From positions 38,316,001-38,380,000 of the forward strand of contig NC_043001.1 of the NCBI RefSeq assembly GCF_006345805.1: DNA of 64,000 nucleotides. Reading direction: 5' to 3'. The stretch is from Octopus sinensis (Eukaryota). The position numbers and the translations under genes are program-made. Below, piece after piece: positions 24,970 to 38,759 of this stretch (position 1 is its first letter; each line of letters begins with the position of its first letter). The notes under the pieces are model-generated. The model ran no database searches. It had not been told where the DNA came from and saw only the letters and a list, made by a program, of their open reading frames with translations.

Positions 24970-26480
24970 GAATCACTTTAAATACTTAAACATAGAAAAA
25001 CTGTCTTGCAGTTCAGTGTCAATCGTAGCAAAAGTAGGAAACTGCACCACCTTGCAACGTTCCGAATAGAATAAGTTTTCTAGTAAAAGCAACGGTATGT
25101 TCACTAAGATACTCTTACTGCTAAGAAGTGATACATTACTGTCCCAAAGTACATAAAAGCAAAGCTGCTGAGCACCCTTCAACAGCCACTACATCAGCAG
25201 GTAGTCAGGTGTTCAGACGCTTTGTCACAAAGCATTAATTTTATAATTAATTTCTTATGTCTGAAGTTTCATTACAATAACTTTCTATGCGACTTACTGT
25301 TGACGGTGGCCCAGGGAAGAGTTCTTTATACTAAATACACATATAGCAAAGTCTCACATACGTAATATGATTTGAAAAACTTCGATTAACTGAGATTATT
25401 TATGCAATTAGTTGACGAAACTACTTCTAGAAGTGCTTAAAATCTAAAATCAACAATGAAGTGATATATTTACTAGATGAAATCTTTGAAAAATAAGAAT
25501 GGTGGAGATGAAACTGACTTTTGCTTTTAATGTTAACAGGTGAAATCAAAAGATATGTTTTGGTCTTAGTTGACCTTTTTACCGAGATTTATCTTATTCA
25601 GGTGGCAAGACTTTGATATGTTCTTGGGAAATTATTTTTTGTTCTAACTTCACGAATAATCTCAGTTAATCAACTAATTTCAATGCCAACTATGTTACAC
25701 ATAAAATCCTAACGTATATACGAAAAATTTAGGTATAAGATTTTTAAAAATACTTCATGCAACCATTATATCTGCACCTCACTTCTTATCTTTTTGAAGG
25801 AAACTTGATTTACCCTGAAATAAATCTAAACTTTTTTTACAATATGGTTGCAATATTGATACCAGTTGTAAATCTTTGGGAAAAAACATTCTGTCATGAA
25901 GTGGATTATCACCCCCAAACCTAGCACACACCAGTAGAAAGGCTTCATCATCACTTAAAATGGATTCATTGATGTGCAATGCAAGTTTTTTTCACTTGAA
26001 ATTGTCTAGTTAGTTGTTTTCCAGTGCATCGCTATGATGGTGAATTACTCACAGAGATGGCTTTTGTAATTTCATGTGCACTTTTCTTCATGACAGTTGA
26101 AATGATAATTGACACAACAGATAAAATTAATTTTGCCTCTAAAATGGGACTCGATGGTTTTATAATTTTTTTTTTGCAAATCTCAGAGGACGCAAGTAAA
26201 CCATTGTCTATTTCAACTATTTCTTTAACATTTTGAGTCAATGTTTTCTTTCTTGGAAATCATTGCTCATTAAAAAAAATACTCTTGTAATCTTGTAATT
26301 TTGTCACGTACTTTCTAGATGGTTAGTACTTTTCTAGATGGTTAGTCAACGTATAGCCACGTTTTGTCATCGCAAAGTGCTGTGATACATATAAGACGTA
26401 CTGACTTTGTAATTTTTTCTGATGATGGAGTAAAACTGCACAGGATGAACAGAGGTTAGAAACTAACTTTACAACACCCA
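24970..26480 (-). pseudogene. Decayed hAT (Charlie/Buster-type) transposase
   Basis: IKPSSPILEAKLIL...AISVSNS resembles KPHTIGE.LILP...IPLSN; LALHINESILSDDEAFLLVCARF resembles FALQLDESTD..A.LLV.VRY. Confidence 0.6.
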
Positions 26481-27551
26481 GTGCTTTTTGTGCTTTTGAT
26501 CTTCGAGTGTTGCCGAGCGTGAGTGTTTCGTATTTTAGTTTCAGTTACAAGATAGTAGACAGCAGTAGCCTCTCATAAAGTTAAATTTTTATGCTGTTGA
26601 AATAATCATAAGCAAAGAAATATCAGGATTATAATAAAGTGAATGTACATCTCTGGCAGTTATAATTTTTAACGTCTTTTGTGACTCCCAAATATCCCAT
26701 TTATTTCACATATCCTATTTCAAATTTAGTGTGGCTCTCTGGAAGCCATATATCACGTAGCTTAGAATCATTTCAGGTGAACTATCTTTTTTCTTCTCGT
26801 TTATATATTTCTTGCTATGAAGTAACCCTACGCGTTTTCCTATCAAGTCACAGTACATTGCAAACGTTCGATCCTTAAAACTATTAACAGATAATTTATT
26901 CTTTCTTTCCTTTCTTCTTTCTTCAAATATTCTATATTGAAGTAAATTATATTTATGTCTTTTCTATTACTTTTCAATGAAGATTGTTCTGATTCTGTTG
27001 CAATTGTGAGATGGCAAGGAGCGGGATTGGCAGTGAATATTACTTATAATTGAATTAACTTTGAAAAGAGTACTTTCTATTTCGATACCTGAAGCTTGGT
27101 GGTAACGTTGTTGTTGGTGTTGCTATTATCATTTTTGTTGTCTCTCGTTTATTATTACTTCCACTAATCGACTTTGGACGTGTCCTTTGCCATGCAGGGC
27201 ATTAGTATTAATGTATTTGCCGCAGCGATTTGTTATTAAACGTAATGGATTAAAATAGCATTTAGTTGTTTGCAGACATATATCTACACTTTGCCAGCGT
27301 ATGTAAGCACAGATGCATGCACTCAAACATTCACATCAAATAAATATGAACGAAACGAAATAATATACCAGTAAAACGAACGGTTGACATTTGCGTAGTG
27401 ATGATACCGTCATCTTAGTTAAGAGGGGAATATATTCTGCTGACATAGAACTAAGATCGTTATTAAATGAAAAATAAAAGGAAACATTCATTAATGCTTT
27501 CTACAACGTTCTTAACATTATATACTATGACGTTTTATTTCCTCCGAGGAC

Positions 27552-27554
<3 letters not shown>

Positions 27555-27605
<51 letters not shown>

Positions 27606-27634
27606 TAATAATAATAATAATAATTATTATTATT

Positions 27635-27663
<29 letters not shown>
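27555..27663. repeat. Compound (AAT)n/(ATT)n/(ATC)n microsatellite
   Basis: Direct inspection. Confidence 0.95.
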
Positions 27664-27665
<2 letters not shown>

Positions 27666-28041
27666 CTATTGCAACCGTCACTATCGTCACGATGAAAATT
27701 AATCTTGTTAGGAGCTGATCAGCTTATGAAACAAATATAGTCGCTTCTATATGTATCTAGAAATCAGAATTATCCTAAATGCATAATTTCACTGTGCATG
27801 TCAAATTCAAGACATGGAAATTTGGTTGTAAAGCCACTTTGGAGTGCGCGCGCGCATTTATGCATATAATTCAAAGGACGAGATAACTTGTTTAAAGAAA
27901 GTACGGCTTAACTAACTACAGTGGATAAATTACTCGAAAAATTTCTGTTTTGTTTGTGATCCAATAAATTCTTCACATTTGCTCATTCTCCTTTCTCTTA
28001 CACCTTTCTACCCGGTCTTCCTATGTCATATAAAATTTCTT

Positions 28042-28080
<39 letters not shown>

Positions 28081-28121
28081 ATGTCACAGTTTGTTAAAGA
28101 AATAATTAAGAAGCACTCAAT

Positions 28122-28473
28122 ATAGGCGCAGGTTTATATCTTCCCAACCGCATGGTTCAAAGTTCAGTCCCACTGCATGGCACCTTGGGCAAATGTCTCC
28201 TACTATATATAGCCTCGTGGCAACCAAAGCCTTGTGAGTGGATTTGGTAGACGGAAACTGAAAGAAGCCCGTCATATATATATGTATATTTGTGTGTGTG
28301 TGTGTTTGTGTCTGTGTTTGACCTCCCCATCACCGCTTGACAACCGGTGTTGATGTGTTTACGTCCCTGTAACTTAGCGGTTCGGCAAAACAGACCGATA
28401 GAATAAGTACTAGGCTTAAGAAATAAGTCATGGGATCAAGGTAGTACTCCAGCATAACTGAAACAAGTAAAAT
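28122..28473 (+). mobile_element. SINE family 1
   Basis: ataggcgcagg head, gttcagtcccactgcatggcaccttgggcaa core, ctgaaacaagtaaaa tail. Confidence 0.9.
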
Positions 28474-28757
28474 AATACATAATGCAGAGACCTTTGGTTA
28501 TTCAAAATGAATTCTCCTTGCGGCTGAAGTTTCACTCTATTGCGTTCCACAAGCATCTAGGTCTATATACGTTAACGTGGATTTCTTTTGCCAATGGATT
28601 TCGTTTTCATTGGTTGGTTCCTGATACTGTCTTATTAATGTTGTTTCTCAAATCATTTTCTCAATTTTCTGAAATTGTTTAAGTGTATATTGTTTCTCAT
28701 CAGCCAATTGAGGGATCGTTTTGTCTCTGATAATCTCATTCTGTTTTATTAAGTTAT

Positions 28758-29131
28758 ACTCTTTACTCTTTTACTCTTTTACTTGTTTCAGTCATTTGAC
28801 TGCGGCCATGCTGGAGCACCGCCTTTAGTCGAGCAAATCGACCCCGGAACTTATTCTTTGTAAGCCCAGTACTCATTCTATCTGTCTCTTTTGCCGAACC
28901 GCTAAGTGACGGGGACGTAAACACACCAGCATCGGTTGTCAAGCAATGCAAACACACACATACATATATATACATATACATATATACGACGGGCTTCTTT
29001 CAGTTTCCGTCTACCAAATTCACTCACAAGGCATTGGTCGGCCCGGGGCTATAGCAGAAGACACTTGCCCAAGATGCCACGCAGTGGGACTGAACCCGGA
29101 ACCATGTGGTTGGTTAGCAAGCTACTTACCA
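28758..29131 (-). mobile_element. SINE family 1, young near-consensus copy
   Basis: (actctttt)n tail, intact CpGs, complete core to ggtaagtagcttgctaaccaaccacatggttccgggttcagtccc. Confidence 0.93.
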
Positions 29132-29959
29132 CCTCGTGTTTTACTAGAGATTCTTTTTTTATCTATCATATTTTGTCGTTTATTCCTTATATATATATAT
29201 GAAATTTTGAATTTAGTTCATGGACCTCCAGTACTACCTTTGCGGACCCCAGGTTGGGAACCTCTGTTCTAGTTCTTTCATTAGTTTGCTGGTTGCCGGT
29301 CATTTATATTCTGTTCTGCTAAAGTTGTTTTGTTTTCTTTCTGAGAATGATATTTTGTATCTAAGGTCCTTAAAGAAGTTTAGATACATTCGACAATTGT
29401 TATGCTGTTTCACCAGTCGGCTTCACTGCTGTTATATCTGTATATCGTTTTTCAGATCCTGCTCTTGTTTTTCGGAAATTGTTTATTTGTATACGTTTCC
29501 TGCTGGCCGTTTCAGCTATTGTTTTCCTGCTGCTTATCTACTGCATCCTGTTTTAATAGAGTTGTTTATTTCTTATTTCAACGATTTATTGCTTGATTCA
29601 GGAATTGCTCTGTATCTGCTTGTGGTTTACATCTTTTATATCCTGTTTTATTAAAATTGTCCTGTTATTTCATATTTGAGGTCACCAAAGATGCTTTTGA
29701 TATATTTGTTGTTTGTCAAACTGTCCACTTCATAAATTATTTTAAGTACATCACTAAAATCTCGATGTATGTGTACGTACACTGTTAAATTGGTGACTGA
29801 TTCGTTCATTTGCCTACAAGAATTAACTACAAGACTAACTTAGCTACTACTTCCCTTGGTTTTATTTTTGGCACAACCAGTAGGGTTACTTTTCTTTTCA
29901 TAGATGCATTTAATTAGAAAAACAAAGGTATTAATACCTTTTCATCTGTTGCATATACC

Positions 29960-30025
29960 TACTACACACACACCACACACACACACACACACACCACACA
30001 CACACACACACACCACACACACACA

Positions 30026-30066
<41 letters not shown>

Positions 30067-30153
30067 AATCTATCTATCTATCTATCCATCCATCCATCCA
30101 TCCATGTATGTATGTATGTATGTATGTATGTATGTATGTATGTATGTATGTAT
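29960..30153. repeat. Compound microsatellite (CA)n-(TATC)n-(CATC)n-(TATG)n
   Basis: Direct inspection. Confidence 0.95.
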
Positions 30154-30274
30154 GTGAATGGACTGTTGACAGATCGGTTCCAAGTAAGTTGGCCTTATTT
30201 GTGTAGAAAAAACTGTTTGTTGTTGAATATTTTTTGTCAAAGAGATGTCTAACATCTTCAACCTAAGTAAATCT

Positions 30275-30555
30275 GGTACTATTTAAGAAGAGTGGTCCCG
30301 GTGCGCGCACTCGCGTACTCACACACCGCGCTAGCTAGTCGTGACTAGTCGATCCTACAAGAACTACCCAGCCCGAGTGCGCGTATGCAAATTAATAGAT
30401 GGTTTTTAAAAATCCTGATTGTTTTAAAAAAAACCCATCTATTAATTTGCATACGCGCACTTGCGCTAGGTAGTCGTTGTAGAATCGACTAGTCACGACT
30501 AGCTAGCGCGGAGTCGCGAGTACGCGTACCGGGACCACTCTTCTTAAATAGTACC
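30275..30555. mobile_element. Palindromic MITE, 281 bp, 8-bp TSD (Merlin- or hAT-like)
   Basis: GGTACTATTTAAGAAGAGTGGTCCCGGT ... ACCGGGACCACTCTTCTTAAATAGTACC, arms about 130 bp; gtaaatct at 30267-30274 and 30556-30563. Confidence 0.85.
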
Positions 30556-30649
30556 GTAAATCTTTTAATAGGAAATTCCCCATATGTGGATGTATTTCCA
30601 AAATTAAAAACAACTTTCTTCGGTTTTCTTTGCCATCTTTTAAACGAAA

Positions 30650-32467
30650 ATGGCTAAATCAAATCAGGAAGCCAGCATTCCTCCCATCGACTTCCCGCCA
30701 CTACCAAAGTCAGAGGGAAGGGAGGCCGAAAAGAACGTCGTTCCGCTTGAACGCACAAAGAAGAACGCCAGTCTGGCCGTAGAAGATACAAACAAAGAAA
30801 TATAGACAACGTTTACTACTACAAACATTGCCTCCACCACTGCTGCTACCACCACCACCACCACCACCACCACCACCCCACCACCACCACCACCCACCAC
30901 CACAACCACCACTACCACCACCACCACTACGAACACTCAAAGAAAAGAATTATGTCCTTTTCGAAGGAAGAACTGCTTGCTTGCAAGACAATGTTTAAAA
31001 AAGATGAACACATTATACAACTGCAAACACCGCAAAATATCATAGAGAACATTAAAAAAAAGAAACATTTACAAAACACTCAACTTAAAAACAAAACTTT
31101 TCGAAACCGCCCCCCAAGAAAAGTAGAAAAATGTTTAAGGCCCATATGGGCCTTTAAAGTATTTATCACAAGAGGGAAAAAATTGCCACGATCGAAGTTA
31201 GAACGAGCCAAGGAAATCTCCACAAAGTCTTTTGAATGCAAGAACCTAATGATGATCCCTACATACCTTGGTTGTAGAGTCACAAAAATGAAAATCAAAG
31301 ATGTGCCCCCTGAGATACAAATCAAAAGACTTGTGTCTGGCATATGTTATGATATCGAGGAGGCAATCCATATCTTAGAAATCACTGTCCTGGAACAGCA
31401 AAATTGGATTGGTCAAGAAGTAGAAATCCTTGCTCAAGTTGATCCAATCAGCATTGAAAGGATTCCACATCTTATCAAAATCTTATCGAATTTGCATGTG
31501 GCCGTCGAAGGCAGAAAACTGCGTTGCTACGTTTGTAGTAGTAAATCACACCTATAAATCAATTGTCCATTATCACAGAAACAACAGCAACAGCAACAAC
31601 AACGATAACAAAATCAACAACAACAACTACAACAAGAAAGCCAAAAACCAAGAAAAAATAAACAGCACTGCTACCCACACTGCCATATGCACAACTGATA
31701 AAACAGCTCTACCAACAAGTGAAGGAACATCAGCCACCAACAAGTCAGCCCAACTAAACGACACCACTATCAGCGCCACCAAGAACAGAAACAACACCAT
31801 CACCACCACCAGCAACAACAACTCCAAAGGAAAAAGAGAAAAACAAAAGGACTCATACTCGACCCCAAAACCCATACACCACATCCAAACTGTCACCAAC
31901 CAACACCAACACCAACATCAACACCGACAATAAAATCAACACACTCAGAAATAGACTCCAACACTCTTCTTCCATTTTTTGATTCCTCCGACATGTCGTC
32001 AGATGAAGAGGACTCAGAGGATTGGCAAGTGACCACAGGGGGAAGGAGAAAAAAGGGGAAAAAGTAAAAAGATGAAAAAAAAGATAAGAAAAAAGAAGTA
32101 AACAAACAAAGCAGGAAGATTTACGACTCCCGAAACCGAAGCACCCGCAGAAAACAAAAACATTGACACGAACACACAAACACCAAATGGCCCCACAATG
32201 TTGACAGCTATAAGTACTAATAATCCAGACCTAATTAGGTCAGACACCACCATAACAGAAAACGATACCAAAACAAATAATCGCCCACGCACAACACCAC
32301 CACAACCCATTAAAATCATATATATAACACAGAACACACACAACACACTGAAATCTCTCTGCCCGGATGCAGTAGGGAGATTTCAAAAATATCTCCCTAA
32401 AAAACTGTACAAAAACCTTCTGCGAGGAGACTGTGAGGTGACGGACAAACAACTTTCGGACAGTAAG

Positions 32468-32503
<36 letters not shown>

Positions 32504-32530
32504 ATCCTCTTTCGTCTTCCTTTTGTGTGT
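30650..32530 (+). pseudogene. ORF1 (gag-like, CCHC zinc knuckle) of a Tx1/L1-clade LINE, disrupted
   Basis: ATG at 30650; VEGRKLRCYVCSSKSHL*INCP is a CX2CX4HX4C knuckle; in-frame stops; (CCA)n expansion at 30835-30930. Confidence 0.75.
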
Positions 32531-32553
32531 TAAACACAACTTTCGATAGGAAC

Positions 32554-33844
32554 ATGCTCAGAATAGCCTGTATAAATGTACATGGCTTGGGGTCGCCTTG
32601 GAAACAAGGCTACTTGTTAAATGACATCAAATCACAAAATGTGCATATCATAGTCATCAATGAGACCTAACTCCACAACCCGTGGGCCTTCCAGCACATG
32701 TTTGGCGGACATTTCGACATTTATTTTTCTCCGTATTTGTCGAGAATGGATGGAGGTGGCACCGCGGTGCTTCTTCGGAAGAGTCTGGACCTCAAAGTAA
32801 GAGCAATTTTCCTATACCCGAAACGTAGGCTGGTTGTCTTGGATGTCGATGGGTGTGCTTTTCGACTGATAACAGCTTATGTATCATCCTTAACAGGTCG
32901 GCCAGACTTCTTTCGACGTCTAGAGGTTTTCCTAGGAACGTCTCGACCTTTACTTTTAGTGGGGGATTGGAACGCTACCTTGGACACACATCTAGACTAC
33001 GTGGACAGAGATAGTAATAGGAGGGGATGTAACTGCCTCAAAGACCTGCTCAGACGTTTCCAACTGTCTGACAGGTACCGACTGGACCACCCGAATGTGC
33101 CAATGTGGACATGGATCAACCACATCGGGTCGTCCTGATTGTATCTAGATAGAGTATTCTGTAGGACAGTGGAAAGGGATAGTGTAGATTATCCGCAATT
33201 CCCTATAGTCAGCTACACAGATAACAAATTTGTGACTTGTACGCTTGACTTTGATAAGAGCCACAGGCTGGGTCCTGGTTACTGGAAGATGAACGCGTCG
33301 TTCACGGCACGCCAGGCTTACAGGGCCCGGATTAGCACATTAGTTAAAAGAGCATTGACGGGCGCTATCGTCAACAATAGATGGTGGAATGCCCTAAAGA
33401 AAGCAATTAAAGCAGAATCGGTTAGGTATAGTAAGGCTCTAGCATTAGACCGAAATAGAATAGAGGGAGACCCAGTTAAGAAATTAAAGGAGGCATTTAG
33501 AACTGGCATCACGTCTTACGTATTGACAGCGAGGTTGGCTCTCGACCAACAGTTATATGCCAAACATGAAGGATGAGTTGTCAGAGCTAGGATGCGTGCT
33601 CTGAAGAATGAAGGAGTGGAGCCACCTGAGGGGCCCGAGTAGCGGAGGCGCAACGAGGCAACACAGCTACCATTAGGTCTCTGACAGATTAGCAAGGGTG
33701 CGAATTACTCGAGCTCGAAAGGATGTGTGAGGCCTTTCAACAACACTTTGTCCGACTGTTCGGGACAATTGGTGGGTCAGAACGCAGGGTGGACTTTAGT
33801 GCGACATTTCCAGTTTAATAATTTTGTACCTACATACGAACGTA

Positions 33845-33903
<59 letters not shown>

Positions 33904-34130
33904 TGTGTATGTATGTATGTATGTATATGTCAAGTTGCTTGCGAATGTTACTGGGAACATGCACACTTTACTATGTGTTGCATGGTAGTCTCATCGGTGA
34001 TGAAATTGGTACCCCGCCAAACTTGATTAGTGAGGAGGGTGATTTTGGATACCTTGCGAAATGAAGCTGGTGCAGGCGGCAAGGTATGATATGTGGGTGC
34101 GTCAAGAATGTTAATGACGCATGCGTGCAG
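32554..34130 (+). pseudogene. ORF2 of the Tx1/L1-clade LINE: APE endonuclease intact-looking, RT deleted, C-terminal remnant after a (TG)n tract
   Basis: MLRIACINVHGL..(ET), GGGTAVLL, LLLVGDWNA, WTW, YLDRV, PGYWKMNAS motifs; no RT motifs; C-terminal-like segment at 33930-34130 is weaker. Confidence 0.85.
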
Positions 34131-34498
34131 AATATGTGAGAGGTTGATGGGTGAAAGTAAAATACGTTAAAAGATTTAAAATGAAATTTAAGAACAAAAT
34201 CTCAGATCTTAGCGGGCACTTTTCGTAGGGGCGGCGCCAGGGTATTCAACAGCATAGGCCAAGCCCAGTGCGCGTCCTCATTTCTTCGTTAAAAACTGCT
34301 TGCTGAATATAGCCAGGAGCAGTAGTTTATAATATGCAGTTTACAGTATTGCAGCTGTGATGATACACTAATATGCTCTACTTAAACATTGTTGAAACAA
34401 ATGCAATAATTCTTTGTTGACAGATACTAAGATTAAGTTAAAAATATATATTTTCTTAGTCATGTTCTTTGAAACTTTATACACACGAACACACGCAA

Positions 34499-34537
<39 letters not shown>

Positions 34538-34557
34538 TATATATAGACACATATGAG

Positions 34558-34830
34558 TCTATATATATAAACTGAGAATGTGTCTGTCTGTCTGTATGTG
34601 TGCATCACTAAAACTCGAGAACTACCCAACCGATTTCATTCAAATTTTACACATGCCTTACTTATGGTCCATGGAGTGTCGTGGGCCAAAACAATTTTCA
34701 ACTTCTTGCCTAATGTGACCCCGGAGCAATCTCTTATCTCTTACACTATTTCAGTAGTTCACCTAACTTTGAGCTGTACGGACTATACCGAACTGTGTTG
34801 GTGTCTCGATTTAATTACCTAATTCAACTG
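34558..34830 (+). mobile_element. 5' end of a non-autonomous Helitron-type element, truncated
   Basis: tctatatatataactgagaatgtgtctgtctgtctg...aaccgatttcattcaaattttacaca is a typical Helitron/DINE-like 5' terminus. Confidence 0.55.
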
Positions 34831-34838
34831 AATCTTAA

Positions 34839-34921
<83 letters not shown>

Positions 34922-36427
34922 GTGTGTGTGCGTGTATATACACATACCTATATAAGCATATTGTATTCCATTATCTTTTTCCTTTTTGTATACGACAATA
35001 ACAATAAATTTAATGTTGTAATAATAATAGATTAAGGAATTTAGCTACATAACTACATTTTTTTTTCATTGATTTCTACAAAATAAAGCTAAAATGGTAA
35101 TTATAATGATATGATAAACCCATGAAGTTCTGTTCTATCAACATTTTACTTTTCATTCTTTTGTATTAGCAAATATGAAAGGAAATTGTTGCAAGTCAAA
35201 TTCATCAACCATTGTATTTTCTTTTGACTTATATTTCTTACGTCATGGTTGTGCTGTGAGTATTTTTTTCATTACTTTTAATTTGGAAACAATTTCCCGA
35301 AGACAATGATACAATGAGTAGTATTTGGAACACTGTTAATATTTTTTTACTTTTGGTTATAAATTGTGGAGATGCACTGATGTCTACCTGCTTTGCAATG
35401 ACTTGTTATTCACTATACCCATTTGTTGTATTAATATCTTTATATCACTATATTGCAAAGTCTTTTCTATTGATAAAAAATATCCATCGTCGTCATTTTC
35501 TGTATCATATAGATGTCATAAAGGAAGCCAAATAACTAAATGTACAACGGTATTTGTTCAGCTGATTTTTGGCGAGTCTCAAACTGCAAAATAAGAATTT
35601 ACCTTGAACTTTTGCTTGGGATTCACTTCCTTCGTTTTATATAGACTCACTCTGGTTTAAATTTTGCTGATCTGTCAAATTCTTTTGTAAGTGTATTTCT
35701 GCTAAGGCTTTTTTTTATAGATTTTCATTATTCCTACTTTTTACAAGATACATTTTTTTTTATTTCTTGTAGTTATTCAACAGCATAATAAATATCGAAT
35801 TCCTTCTCTTGTTTGCTTCATTGATCTCAAGTATAGTAACATACAAAACAACGAAGGAAATGATAACTTGATGTCGGAAATGTTATTTACAAATTCAGTA
35901 TCTCAAAGTCTGAAAAATTTTCAGATAATCTTATGAGAGAAATATCCTCAGATGCTTCATTATAACATTAAATATACTGCCAAATTGATAGCGAAAAGTT
36001 TTCACAGTTCTAATATAGTTTTCCTGTCTTGTATCACTTAATAAGCCTTCTATGTCAATTTTAGGATATGATGTTTCAGAATCTCCTTGCGGCGTGTTGA
36101 AGTTGCAAAGTACACATAAACACATTATACCAGATACAAGAATGGTATTACCATTAGGCAGACTTTTGGCAGCATCATTAGCAACCAACTTTAAAAAAAA
36201 ATGCATTCTAAAGTGTTCTGTTTGTGGAAGAAGTTACCATCTCAGGTTTCGTTGACACTTATAATTTGTCTGCCTTTAACAAATAGTTGTTCTGCTATTT
36301 CACTTATCGTGAATAACCTAATTTTTTTTCCTCACTGCAATGTTAGAGGGCAGGCTTGGCTTCGGTTGTCTATATGTATGTCCGTGTGTGCGTGTGCGTG
36401 CGTGTGTTTGTGTGTGTGTGTGTATGA

Positions 36428-36463
<36 letters not shown>

Positions 36464-36539
36464 ATGTGTATACATGCACACATACACTTACATGTGTGTG
36501 TACGTGTGCGTGCGTACGCAGTGAATAGCGAGGCTTACA

Positions 36540-36910
36540 TGCATCGTCATCATATGCATTAGGTTGGTCATGTTGTGTGTCTTGATGACAGCAGAATTAG
36601 CAAGCAAATGTATAGTGAATTGTCGCAAGGCACTCGACCAAGAAAGCGATTCAAGGACAACTTAAAACAATCGCTTGGAATCATCGAGATTCCAGAACAG
36701 GAGTGGGAAAATATATCACGGGATATGAAAACCTGGAAGTAAAGAGTCTATGACAGAGTGAGCACATATCAGAGAAATGCGTGATCACGCATAAGGAGAC
36801 CATCACGGAAAGACGATTCCGTTGACTCTACATTTCCTCACCTAGTCTGAGAAGTCTATGGCCTCACATGTATGTCTCGCGCAGGCTGGTGAGCAACAAG
36901 AAAAGCCACG
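36540..36910 (+). mobile_element. RTE-clade LINE 3' fragment
   Basis: VGHVVCLDDSRISKQMYSELSQGTRPRKRFKDNLKQSL..EWENISRDMKTWK resembles the RTE C-terminus. Confidence 0.75.
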
Positions 36911-38759
36911 CAGAAAGATTTGTCACAAGCTTCAACGACTTCGTTGCTGGGGCTAACCTCACATGCACTATCTGTCAGAAAATGCATTGAAATAAGCCTT
37001 TATTTTCTCGTTACGATATAAAAGACAACTGCTTCGAGTTGTATAAAGATTAGTTCATCTTCTATTGTCCATTTTATAGGTAGTAGTGTTCATCTAACTA
37101 GGTGACTGCTAGGAGATAGGAGGAAGAAGGAGAGAGAAAGAGTAAGAGAGTTTACCCCTCTGGGTTGACAAGTGAAAGTTGTATTGTTTCTCGGTGACAT
37201 GCAAGAGCTGCTCCCTCCGCCAGGCGACAGGTACCAGGCAGACGAAAGAGCGATGATCGTTGGCGAGGTGCCTAGTGAAAGAAGAAAAGTTGAATTTGGA
37301 CCCTATATCTATGATATTTTCCTACTTAAATTGGGTCAATTAAACAAAGGATTTTTCGTTATCTGGTCTGAATTGTATTTAAACTAAGGATCTTCAGGAC
37401 TTGTCTAAACATTACATAATAGGACTTGTCTAAATATGACTCTGGCTTCTCATACATTTCTTAGTGCAAATGCCGAGAACAATAAGAAGGAACTCAGAAA
37501 AATCTAGATTGCGTTTCGAATTCTGGCTAAGAACCCCGGAGGCGATTCGCTTCACGTGTATAAATGGCTCTGGTTTATCTAGGCCAGTTCTTCTGGACCA
37601 TTTTTTGCCTACGAACCCACTTTGATTCCTATTTTACTCGGATGGATCCTTATAGCTATTCGATGATTAAGAAAAATCTTATTATTTTTATTATTAAATA
37701 TTATTAGAAATTGTATAAAAAAATTGTTAAAATATTTTGTGCATTATAGAAGTATATTCAATTTATTGCACACAACTTATAACAAAAAAAATTTAATATG
37801 GAACCCCAAGGGACATGTGGACCCTGGTTGAGATCAGAACCACCGATCTGAGTACATGAACACTGTCTCGAGAACGAAATTTGCTTAGGGGGTGCAAATC
37901 CAGGTTCAAAATATTTTTTGCCAAGTTTTATTGTTTTTTTTTGTTCTTTGTTCTTTAAGAAATCTAACTTCAAGTTACTTTTTACAGATCACATTTTATG
38001 CACTGTTTTCTAAACCAGATAAAAGTAAGTAGGCGTGCAAAGTTTGATTTTGCACCCAACAGAAATTTAAAGGAGTGCGCTTGAACCTGCTGCATCCCGA
38101 GAATGCACAGAGAAAATCATCAGAATGGTCCGGAACAAGCAAGAGGTGAGAAAAATTTGTATGAATGTCGAATCGCTGGCAGGATACAAGAGCCATTGTC
38201 GCTCTCACAACATGTAATGCTGTGACACACTTTATTTAGTCAGTCATGGTCATACTCTTTTAGCGAGTCGATAGTCATCTCTCTCACACACACATTCGCG
38301 CACACGCACGCACACACACATTCGCGCACACGCACGCACACGCACACGCACGCACACACACACATACACGCACACATATATAAATGGAGTTACACGCAGG
38401 TTCTATTAAAATTCTTTTACTTCCGACACATGTTTCGAAGATATCACTGGTATTATTCCAAAGGAATAAAATGGTGTAAAACAATGTAATCTTCTCTTCA
38501 GGGAAATGAAGAAATGAAACTTGTCAATAAGATATTTTAACAGAATATGATGGATATGTATAGTGATAAACTGAACGCTATTAAGTTTTTTTAAAAAAAA
38601 AACGTTAGAGGATATAACGTCAAAGGTAGCCTGTAGAAAGAGGAGGTGTAAAGGAAGGAAAAAAACCAAATAAATGAGAAGTATATAACGATATGTAAAT
38701 TAAATAAAACCCAAAAGTCTTAGAAAAAGATATATCTAGTGAATGTGAACTGTAAGAAG

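Noticed and set aside
29220-29654. 144-aa hydrophobic ORF resembling a membrane protein
   Set aside because: Antisense reading of an A-rich decayed repeat, starting within a hAT-MITE-like end (ggaccccaggttgggaacctctg); no splice or homology support
30664-32346. Minus-strand Val/Gly/Phe-rich ORFs
   Set aside because: Shadow frames of the A/C-rich LINE ORF1 and its (CCA)n tract
35931-36206. ORF with LVANDAAKSLPNGNTI, faintly like a PIF1 motif
   Set aside because: No Walker A or other colinear motif nearby; insufficient evidence
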